Assembly: GCA_038143065.1 (NCBI GenBank)
Contig: JAYQLI010000046.1
Location: 1-39,428, forward strand
Length of the DNA: 39,428 nucleotides
Source: Rhodospirillales bacterium
Lineage (GTDB): Bacteria; Pseudomonadota; Alphaproteobacteria; Bin95
Direction of reading: 5' to 3'
The first letter of the stretch is position 1; each line of letters starts with the position of its first letter. This document shows positions 10,872 through 20,388 of the stretch, piece after piece. The notes under the pieces were generated by a model. The model worked only from the letters and a program-made list of their open reading frames with translations, was not told the DNA's origin and did no database searches. The translations under genes were made by a program, and so were the position numbers.

Positions 10872-11048
10872 TGGTTCGTAGTGGAAATCTCGCACCAAGA
10901 CTCTGTGTCACTTAAATGTTTTCGGGAATGGAATTAGTATCGATGAAAGCGATATGTTAAGTAATAGCCGCGTAGCTCATTGCCGAGTTGTTTAAGGAAA
11001 CGAGGTTCGCCAAGAAGGTGTCCCCAAACTTATCTATCATGAGATCTT

Positions 11049-11215
11049 TTAGAACCTAGCCTTGCGTCGAATTTGCAACAGATAAATACAGGCCACTAGC
11101 AAGAGTGCAGGAATGTAAAACAACTCTTTCGGAGGGCAATCCGCGGCCTGTTCAATTTCGACAACTTCCCAATCCCAATTAATGCCCAGCTGCTCGGCAG
11201 GACCACCAAGGGGGC
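11049..11215 (-). pseudogene. C-terminal remnant of a TRAP 4TM/12TM fused permease (DUF3394-like tail)
   Basis: GGPAEQLGINWDWEVVEIEQAADCPPKELFYIPALLLVACIYLLQIRRK resembles the end of TAXI-TRAP fusion permeases; the rest of the gene is absent. Confidence 0.6.
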
Positions 11216-11238
11216 ATAAAGGTCCGATTACACCATAA

Positions 11239-12237
11239 TTATTGGGGCTTTGCGGATTTGTAATGCCCAAAATTTTTGGTGTTGCGCCCCATAATGTATT
11301 CGCCTGCGGAAATGATATCTTCGGCACTGCCTGACGCACCAAAGTCGCGCGGGTCAATTGGGGTTTCGCTTGTGGGATCACAAAAAACGGGGGATGGAAT
11401 ACCGACTAGTTGGGTTGCGATTGATCACGCGGTGCACTGTCGATGTCAGGCGCCCCCTGTCCAACGTTCCAGTAGATCGCCGATGTTGCATACCAAAGTT
11501 CCCTGAACTGGAGGTGCTTCAATCCAGTCGCCTGCGGGATTGCGCACCTGCAACCCGCCCTGCATATCCTGCATCAAGACTGTCAAAACGCCAAAATCCG
11601 TGTGCGCCGCAGCACCCAACCGATTTTGAGCAATATCCTGTGCGTTCATCGGTGGATAATACACCAACTGCCCCCGCCCTAGCGGATCCACATAAGCATG
11701 ATCAAAAAATGTTTTTGACTGCCCCAAACCATGCGCCAAGGCCGATAGAACCCGCCGCCCCAATGACATGACCTGCTGATAATAAGGCCAAATCCCATCC
11801 TTTTAAAAACGCGGCCTCATGTTCTGGCCATTGATTTGGATGCACCAAGGGCGGGCGTTTTTCAGGATTGGCAGGCATATCTGCGCCCTCCCAGCCCCAA
11901 AAACACCTCTTTCGCATCGTGCGTTGCGGCACCCTCTAATTGCGCAAGGCCCGATTGCATCCACCCGCGTTGAAGTGTGTTCACGGACACTTGGCCCTTT
12001 ACGTCAGCGGGTAAATCAAAAAACCGACGGGATGCCTCAAATGCCTGATCCATCACATCTGCGGAAATCCCATGATCGCTTAAATAGAAAAACCCAACAC
12101 GATGCGCCGTCTCAACCAGATCACGCGCGACGCGTTCAAACCCTTTTATCAATTTCCAAACCCGACAAACTGATGATTGGTATTTCTTCAAAATCGGTTT
12201 TCTGTGCGGGGGCGTAGCGATCAATATCCATGGTCAT
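11239..12237 (-). CDS. 2-oxoglutarate/Fe(II) dioxygenase, isopenicillin N synthase family, frameshifted
   Basis: VGFFYLSDHGI, RRFFDLP, AHTDFGVLTVLMQD..GGLQV, VCNIGDLLERWT, STVHRV...RYSIPVF across frames. Confidence 0.88.
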
Positions 12238-12910
12238 TCCTATAAATATTGGGGAGCAATCGATTTGGGTGCGATATGTTCAATCGCCGATAAAATATCG
12301 ACAATACGCACATTTCTGTTGCGCCGCATTTGGGGTTTATAGGGGGCAAATTTGTACATTCCAATATCACTGTTTCCGTCGTTGGCGTCATGGCTGCAGC
12401 GAAATCATGAATGACAGCATCCTGCATGTCAGATGGATCAAACCGATCTGGAACATCCCCTTCTATCCGTTGGCGCAGGGGATTATCAAGGCGCAAGCCC
12501 ACAATGCGAAAATCGCCGGCGCCATAGGGATGAGGGAAATGTGCGTCAACCAATCGCTCTGCATCAAAGGTCAGCACACTACTGCGTTCGCAACCTTTCG
12601 GCACCTTCAAATCGTTTAGCATGTTGAGAACCGAGGCAATGACAGGTTTATGTGTCGCGCTTTGTAATTGATCCTGAAACGGTGACAGAAACCCACAAGA
12701 GGTCACGATAATATCCCCATTTGCCTTCTCGATCGCCTTTAGGAACGGTTCAAGATCAATTTGATCTGGCTGATCGCTGACAACATTGGCAACACTGGCG
12801 CGCGGCACGCGAATAATTTCAGGGGCGTTTACATAACTATCCACACATCCAACGTCGCCAGGCACGCGGCAAAACCGCGTGTCCAGTTGCAAAACGCTGA
12901 CACGCGCCAT
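12221..12910 (-). CDS. Aspartate/glutamate racemase-superfamily protein
   Basis: LQLDTRF..VPGDVG, IVTSCGFL, ILECTNLPP (two-Cys racemase-fold motifs); probable frameshift near the 3' end. Confidence 0.75.
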   Translation of the reverse strand: MARVSVLQLDTRFCRVPGDVGCVDSYVNAPEIIRVPRASVANVVSDQPDQIDLEPFLKAIEKANGDIIVTSCGFLSPFQDQLQSATHKPVIASVLNMLNDLKVPKGCERSSVLTFDAERLVDAHFPHPYGAGDFRIVGLRLDNPLRQRIEGDVPDRFDPSDMQDAVIHDFAAAMTPTTETVILECTNLPPINPKCGATEMCVLSIFYRRLNISHPNRLLPNIYRNDHGY

Positions 12911-12913
12911 GCC

Positions 12914-14218
12914 CTAGTTCCGCTGACGAATGTTTTCAGGCAGCCATGTCGCGAGTTCAGGGAAAATCACAAGGATCACCACCATCAACAACATCAAACC
13001 CACCATAGGAATGGCAGTTTTTGCAATATAGCCGATTTCATGTTTGGTCATCCCTTGCAAAACAAACAGGTTGACCCCAATCGGTGGTGTCACCTGCGCT
13101 GTTTCGATCACCACAACCAAAAAGATGCCAAACCAAATTACATCAATCCCCGCCGCACGGATCATGGGTTCCACAATGGCCATCGTCAAAACGACCGAGG
13201 ATAGGCCATCCATAAACATACCCAAGATCAGATAAAAGACCGTCAGCACCGCAATCAATGCGACAGGCGAAAGGTTATACCCCTCAATCAATTCGGCCAT
13301 GGCGCGCGGCAATCCTGTGAACCCCATGGATAAGGACAAAAACGCAGCCCCCATCAGGATCAGCGCAATCATCGCAGATGTCCGCGTTGCGCCCATCAGG
13401 CTTTGGGAAAAGCTGGCCCAATTCAACGACCCTTGCGCCGCAGACAAAACCAAGGCACCGATCACACCCACGGCCGCCGCCTCGGTCGCAGTAGCATAGC
13501 CAAGATACATGGATCCTATCACCACACAGACCAATCCCATTACAGGCAGCAAAAACACGCTTTCACGGATCATTTTAAATAAGGACATTTTTGGTTCAGG
13601 CTCTGGGCGCGATCCCCCGCCAAAGAAGTGCCAAAACACAATATAGGCCATGAAAAGACCGGCAAGCACCAAACCAGGGAAAACACCCGCCATAAACAAT
13701 TTGGTAATGCTTTCATTAATGGTCACGCCATAGACAATCAGGGTCAGCGATGGTGGGATCATCAAACCCAATGTCGCAGCCCCGCCAACGTGCCAATGAT
13801 CATATGTTCGGGATATCCACGCGAACGCAATTCAGGGATCGACATTTTTCCAACCATATTCAATGTGGCAGCAGATGATCCCGAAACGGCCGCAAAAATC
13901 GTACATCCCGCAATATTTGTATGCAGCAATCCACCCGGCAAAAACCGCATCCATGGGGCAAGGCCGCGAAACATATCCTGGGACAGGCGCGTTCGATATA
14001 GGATTTCACCCATCCAGATGAACAAAGGCAGCGCGGTTAATGTCCAACTGCTTGCCCTGTCCAGATGGTTGTGATCATTGCATCCCTGCAGGGCGCGATG
14101 TGAAGAGTTCCATACCAACCCAGGCCACCCCCATCAGCGCCAAACCAACCCAAACCGAACTGCCCAAAAGCGCGAAAAGAACGAATAAGAAAACAATGAT
14201 TGCGTACACTTCGGTCAT
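12914..14218 (-). CDS. dctM: TRAP transporter large permease (DctM), frameshifted
   Basis: LTALPLFIWMGEIL, FAAVSGSSAAT, LMIPPSLTLIVYG, TATEAAAVG, TPPIGVNLFV. Confidence 0.9.
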
Positions 14219-14922
14219 TCCACTTCCTCCCGTACAATTTGGGTCTGTCCGATGATCAACAAGCGGTACAAATAATCCCAAAGCGCGATCGCCAATAAAA
14301 TCGTTCCAAAGGACATCGCCAATTGCGGCAACCAAACGGGGGTAAACACCATTTTATCAGATGTCTTTGCCCATGTATCGGCCCAATACCAAGGCCATTG
14401 TCCCATCATCGCAAATATTGACAAAACCCATTCTGGAACCTGATCCAATCCTTGGGTCCGATCATTCAGCATTTCAGAAAAATAATTTGTTTTAACGGCA
14501 TATCGGGCAAAATAGGTTGCCGTTATTGCCGAAAGCAGCATCGCAACCGCATCCAACCAAAATTTCAAAAATCATTCATATTTAGGAAAATTGAAACGCG
14601 AATGTGCGATCCGCGTGTCAGGGCATAGCCATCGCAAACGACGTGCAGGCCATGGCATATCCTGCAAATTCGGTGCCCCTGGAAAAATCGTATTCGTCCA
14701 CCGCGCCACCATCTGTCCAACGATCAGCAATAGAATGATCACCATGAACATCGCCGCAATCACGCCGCTGACCACATAAATGCGATCCAAAATGCGCCAG
14801 ATCGGGCGCAAAATGCGGTGGGCCATGTGACGGGATGTCAAACAGAACGCAGCAATCAATGTGGGGAAAATAAACAGCCAGAACCACAATGGCAGGCCGA
14901 TATAAATTGGCCAGTCGTTCAT
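14215..14922 (-). CDS. dctQ: TRAP transporter small permease (DctQ), frameshifted
   Basis: Hydrophobic pieces, GTEFAGY, TPVWLPQLAM; lies between dctP and dctM. Confidence 0.8.
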
Positions 14923-14936
14923 GCCCTACCTTCCTG

Positions 14937-14965
14937 AAAAGAGCCCGCCATGACAGCGGGGCTTG
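14937..14965 (-). terminator. Hairpin with U-tract after dctP
   Basis: Minus strand AAGCCCCGCTGTCATGGCGGGCTCTTTT. Confidence 0.6.
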
Positions 14966-14977
14966 GATTTATTTTGA

Positions 14978-15960
14978 TTAGTTTGCGTTATACGCGTCGA
15001 TGATGGCCTGACCATCTGCGCCAACATCAGCCAGCCACGCAGCTGTCATTTTCGCACCAATCGCCTGTAATTCCGCAAGGAATTCTGGGCCTGCATCTTC
15101 AACCGACATGCCATTTGCGGCCAGCTGTTCAAAGTACCAATTTGCCAGCTCAGCTGATTTTGCAGAACATGCAGCGCCTGTTTCATTTGCGGCTTTTTGA
15201 AGGGCGGCTTGCATGTCGCCACTTAGGCCTTCCCAAACACCTTTGTTCACCATCACATAGTTGCGTGGTAGCCATGCGTTCACTTTGTAATAATGGGTTA
15301 GGTGTTCCCAAACTTTGCGGTCATACCCCGTTGATCCAGATGATATAAAGGATCCTGCAACCCCTGTTACAAGGCTTGGGACAATTCTGCCGCTTCGACC
15401 TGAACAGGGACCATGCCCAACTCTTCTGCAAATGTTGCTGTGGCCGAATTGTATGAACGGAATTTGATCCCTTGGGTATCTTTGGACGATGCGACCGCCT
15501 TTTTGAAATAGAACCCCTGCCCGGGCCACGGACATGTATAAAGCGCGACCAAGTTCAAATCGGCCAGTTGCGCGTTTACTTTATCTTTGGCGGCGGCCCA
15601 TAGTTTGTTGTTCTCTTCATATGTCGTTGCCAAGAAAGGCAAGTTATCCCACCCAAGCAAAGGCGCCTCATTCGCGTGCGCGGACATAAAGCGTTCGCCA
15701 ATTGGGGCCTGACCCGTTTGAATGGCGCGTTTGATTTCGCCACCCTTGAACAATGAACCACCCGGATGCACCGTAATGTCGATATCACCGTTTGTGTATT
15801 CACGCACCTTATCTGCAAAAACGACCCCCATTTCCGAATGGAAATTCGTTGCCGCATACGCCATGGGCATATCCCATTTTTCCGCGCTGGCTGTTTGTGT
15901 AGACACCGCAATGGCCGCAATGCCCATTGCCAGTGTTGTCATTTTCTTAAGTGCTTTCAT
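14978..15960 (-). CDS. dctP: TRAP substrate-binding protein (resembles Bordetella DctP6/DctP7 type), one frameshift ~15375
   Basis: Signal peptide; KWDMPMAY, EIKRAIQTGQAPIGE, PWPGQG, KFRSY, SSGSTG, AWLPRN. Confidence 0.88.
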
Positions 15961-15993
15961 TTTAATCTCCCTGATTTGTTGCACATTTCTTCA

Positions 15994-17228
15994 TTATGAA
16001 AATCGTTGTGGTTCAAACGGGCGTAAATCGGCATTGGCCGGTTTTCCCGCAATCATATCGGCCACCATGCGCCCCGTTTTCGGACCACCTGTCAGACCAA
16101 TGTGATGATGTCCAAAGGCGGTATAAATGCCCGAATTTTTAACCTGACCCAAAAGTGGCAGGCTATCTGTTGGCGCGGGGCGAAAGCCCAGCCATTCCTC
16201 ATCACTTTCGTATTCGAACTTTGGAAATATCTCTTTCACTTTTTTGCGCAACAATAGCAGCGGCGCTTTGGACTTTTTGGGGCTTAGGCCCCCGAATTCA
16301 ACAACGCCTGCACAACGCACACCTTGGTTCATGGCCGTGGCCACGAATTTGCCTGCGGCCAACATCATGGGATTGCGAGGTTTTTGCGTGGGGTTTTTAA
16401 ATACGATGTGATAGCCCCGCTCAGCCTCAAGCGGGACCTTAAGACCCAGTTTTTCAATCAAGGAGCGGGACCAAATTCCGCTGGACACCACAGCGCGATC
16501 ACAATGAAACCGCCCTGCTGTGGTATCAACAGATGTAATCGTTTCATTTTCAATCGTGAAATCTGTCACCTCGGCCTGAACAAAGGTGCCCCCATTTCGA
16601 TCAGAACTTTGACCAGTTCCTGAACGTATTCAGCTGGGTTCAAAATGAAACCATGGTTTTTCAAAACCGCAAGCAGCTTTGTGTTGGACCCTAAAATAGG
16701 TTCCTCTTCCCGAACGGCGTCCCCTTCGATTATATCAGGAACAAATCCCGCCTCGGCCCGCAATTGCCACGTGAACTTATCCTTTTCAAAGGCCTGACGA
16801 TCACTATAGGCAAAACTATACTTGCTTTCACAGACCCATTGGGCTGCTGATGTCCCGGCACTTAGCGCCTGATGTTGTTCAAGGCTGTCGCCAACGATTT
16901 GCGTTAATCCCTGACTGATGCGGCGCGTATCATCGGTATTTGAATGCCCCAGATACTGCACCAACCATGGCACCAATTTCGGCAGATATCGCCAGCGTAA
17001 GAACAGCGGGAAATTAGGATCACGCAACATTTTGGGTGCATTTTTGACCAACCCCGGACCTGTGACAGGGACAACCGAACAACTGGCCAAAATACATCCG
17101 TTGCCGTAGGACGCGCCCATTCCAGGCGTGCCCTTGTCGATTAGTGTCACGTCAAACCCTGCGCGGCGCAACCAAAGGCCCGTTGAAACCCCGATGATGC
17201 CCGCGCCAATGACAACCACATGTGTCAT
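15994..17228 (-). CDS. FAD-dependent D-amino-acid dehydrogenase (DadA-like), one frameshift ~16580
   Basis: VIGAGIIG Rossmann motif, GASYGNG, ERGYH, WLGFRPAPTDSLPLLG, FGHHHIGLTGGPKTG. Confidence 0.88.
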
Positions 17229-17303
17229 GACCGTCTCCAACTCTCTTGAGATTAGGTTGACACCAAGTAAATATCATTTCAATTATTATATTATCAAACA
17301 AAC

Positions 17304-17318
17304 ATCATTTAAAGTGAT
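17304..17318. promoter_or_regulatory. Putative LysR box ATCA-N7-TGAT (T-N11-A)
   Basis: Dyad in the AT-rich divergent intergenic region between the dehydrogenase and LysR genes. Confidence 0.5.
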
Positions 17319-17322
17319 ATAG

Positions 17323-18267
17323 ATGAAGCTCCGATCCTGACAGTTGCAGGCGTTCCACGCGATTATCCAAACTGGCACAGTTGTGGGGGCGGCAGAAATG
17401 TTGGGGATTTCACAACCTGGGGTGTCCAACCTGATTTCGCAGTTGGAACGACAGACGGGTCTGAAACTGTTTGAAAGGATGCACGGACGCCTAACTGCCA
17501 CGCCCGAGGCCGCAATTATCCATCGCAATGTGGATGCGATTGTGCGTGGGTTGCAACAGGTCACACAAACCGTTGTGGATTTGCAAAACAAACAGACGGG
17601 TAATTTGCAAATCGCCTCTCAACACTCAATGTCATTTGGCGTGATGCCCCGCATCATTGGTGATTTCAAAAAAATCTATCCCGACATCAGTATTTCTTTT
17701 CAATCCCAATACAGCGCGAAAATTCAGGAATGGGTCGAAGCAGGCATTTTCGAAATTGGGATCTGCGAACTGCCAAAACTTTATGACACGCTCACCTATT
17801 ATCCCATTCAAATCCCAACCAAGATCGTAATGCATCATGAAAATCCATTAGGGGAACATCAGGTTTTAACGCCTGAATTATTGCGACATGAAAACTTTAT
17901 CCTAATGGGTCCCGATCACACGACACAGACACAATTGTTTCAGGCCTTTGAGCAGGCTGGAGTGAAATTGAAATCCTCAATCCATTCTCACCTGTTCAAA
18001 AACCTACTATCATTTGTAAAAGAGGATATGGGAGTGGCCCTGGTGGATGATTTTGCCATCGAAAATGATCTCGACCCCCGCTTTATTAGTCGTGATTTTA
18101 CACCAATAATTTACACCAACATGGCTATAATAACATCAAACACTAGGCCACTTTCAAAACTTGCGAACGAATTCCTGCAGCTGCTTCGGCAAAAATTGGC
18201 ATGTTACTTTCCAAAAGCTGAAACCAAAGCTCCCGATACTACAGAAAGCAAGCTTTATAAAGACTAA
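17323..18267 (+). CDS. LysR-family transcriptional regulator
   Basis: HTH QLQAFHAIIQTGTVVGAAEMLGISQPGVSNLISQLE..LFER; ATG 17323 gives MKLR-S-stop-QLQAF (in-frame TGA at 17338-17340); open from 17344. Confidence 0.88.
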
Positions 18268-18342
18268 GTTGAGCGCTTACACTTTGTGAAAAGGTATATT
18301 TGAAGAAGTCACTGGCCCTTTGCCCGACAGCTAAAAATTAAT

Positions 18343-19267
18343 CTATTCAGTTTTGTAGAGCCAACGCATAAATATTGGCGTTAGGTACATCGGTAATTGA
18401 TAACAACCGAGGAATATGAGAAATTCATCGCTGTTCGAAACAGTAACAGCGACTATAAAGACTGCTACATTTCTATTTCCAGCGATAATTGCCATGGATG
18501 TGTTTTGCGGGTTAGCACCGGTAGTTCGAAACAAGATATATGTGATTACTTGCAGACCATAATTAAGGCCGAATGCAAGAACCAACCAATTAAGTAACTT
18601 TTTTGGGATCTTCGTTAAGCGTTGGAACGATAGCACTCATTAACCCAACAACTATTACAGCCAGCAAAAGCGTAGAAACACCATCTAGCGCCATTTTTTG
18701 GTCAGGATTCACCTGAGGTATTAGAACTGCTCTGATAATAAACCCAATCGCAATCGCCAAACCCATAGTCGCGGTAAGTTCGATAGATAACCAAATTATA
18801 TCGTACAACGAACCAGCAGCAGGTAAGAACCATAGGACAGGAATTATAGTAATAGGTAAACAACACGTTCCAATGACCAAAACTCGAAAAGTAGGTTCAG
18901 GCTGGTATCCGAGCATTATAGCAAAATTTGGCGCTCCAGTTATTGAAGGTGCAGCCAATACCAAAGTAATCACCATTGCAACAGCGGTATTACCTAATCC
19001 AAAAGCTATTAACATAGCTACAACGGTCAGGGGGAAAATGACTTGAAAAGTAAAGACTATTAACAGAGTTTCTTTTATGTGATCCACTGCGTCTTTCACG
19101 GCTGTAAATCCAATTCGAAGGGACGTGAAACCGAGTAACAGAATTACCAATTCGCTTAACCACGGGCGCATTGCCAAAGCAATATCTGGCAGCAACATTC
19201 CCGCGATCAAACCAAGCACTAAAACGAACCGTCCGTATTCAGCAATAAATTTAAAACTAGCAATCAA
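18343..19267 (-). CDS. Membrane transporter, bile acid:sodium symporter/Acr3-like, frameshifted ~18600
   Basis: Multi-TM protein with LAAPSITGAP and AGNRNVAVF motifs; ORFs 18590-19351 and 18343-18636; start uncertain. Confidence 0.65.
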
Positions 19268-19423
19268 ATGGACACTCAAATCTATAAATTTCGTTAAAGT
19301 TATCACAACAGTGCAATTGTTTCTACGTAAAGCAAAGACCATAAAATACATAGTTCATTGCAAACAACTGTGTTCTTTCACTAGGTTCGAGACACGGTGT
19401 CGAACCCCGGAATCTCTATTCTC

Positions 19424-19613
19424 AAACACATGAAAAAGTGTGTGTTTGGTGTGTTTTTGAATCCACACGCATAGCGTTAGTGCACAAAAATTAAGTCATT
19501 GATATTATTTTGAAAAGTGGTGCCCGGGGGCGCAACCGATACTTTTCTAAAATATCATTTATTTATAGATGGTTAGAATTCCGAAAATATTAAGCGGTCC
19601 TAAAAGTGTGTCC
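19424..19613 (+). repeat. att site type B, copy 2; tRNA-Phe 3' core at 19518-19531
   Basis: Direct repeat of 10681-10871; IHF consensus on minus strand at 19492-19504. Confidence 0.92.
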
Positions 19614-19812
19614 AATATTTTGTGTTTTAATCAAACACTGTGTCTACAAGCCTGACCACAGGACATTACTGTTCAAAACGCCAAGTAGTTTGAGTAATAA
19701 ACCTTTTGACAAAAAGCAAAATTTCTCTTGCTCATGTTCTATTACAGACGGAAGCCGTTACATTACTTGGTAATCTCTGATTAATGACTTAACGCGTTTG
19801 ATTTCAGGCAAG
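19602..19812 (+). repeat. Cassette-terminal sequence repeated at 20137-20331
   Basis: Shared blocks ATCAAACACTGTGTCT, TGACAAAAAGCAAAAT and TTAATGACTnAACGCGTTTGATTTCAGGCAAG (19781-19812 vs 20300-20331, 31/32). Confidence 0.85.
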
Positions 19813-20047
19813 CTGTAAGTAACACTACAGAAAAGCATCCATACCACTCATCTCAAAATTGATTTATGAAGTTCGGAGTGATTGCTACTGGTGTAGCGCA
19901 GTTATTCCCACGCCTATTTTGGTAGTTCTTAGATTAGCTTGCACCTAGCGTGAGTCCCAGATGCAATCGCGGAATGCGCCATCTAGCGTCCTCTAATGCA
20001 TATTCGTAATTTGATATTTGCATCCAAATTCCATCACCGATAAAGTG

Positions 20048-20331
20048 GAACCACCGACACGAGGATTTTCAATAGAAATGGTAATAAATAATTAAATGAA
20101 TACAGTAAGTTGTATGGATATAAAATGAATGTGCGCAAAAGTGTGTTTTTGATATTTTGTTGGTTTGGATCAAACACTGTGTCTTCAACCAATAGCGGGA
20201 CAGAGTGTTTGGTGCCACTTAGTTACACAAAAACCTGACAAAAAGCAAAATCTCAGAGCTGATTTTAAAATAGCGGAAGGGTACAGTATTGGTCATGGCT
20301 TAATGACTGAACGCGTTTGATTTCAGGCAAG
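20048..20331 (+). repeat. att arm type A, copy 2, with tRNA-Phe anticodon/T-arm fragment (20048-20073)
   Basis: Reverse complement ATTGAAAATCCTCGTGTCGGTGGTTC; the arm matches 2007-2195 and the tail matches 19602-19812. Confidence 0.88.
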
Positions 20332-20388
20332 GCGGCTTATTCTGACAGCTCCAGCGCAGCAAACGTCCAATTCGCTCAAACGAAGCAT

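Larger units (their letters stand above)
10789..19517. mobile_element. Integrase-free cargo cassette 2 (TRAP/amino-acid catabolism) between two type-B att sites
   Basis: Flanked by ~190-bp direct repeats with identical 14-bp tRNA cores. Confidence 0.75.

Noticed and set aside
2253-19351. Programmed frameshifting or phase variation as the cause of split ORFs
   Set aside because: Breaks are numerous, scattered across unrelated genes and lack consistent slippery motifs; error or decay is simpler.
10681-19613. CRISPR array or classical integron attC sites
   Set aside because: The repeats are ~190 bp and kilobases apart with tRNA cores; no cas genes, no attC-type extended palindromes, and the integrase does not look like IntI.
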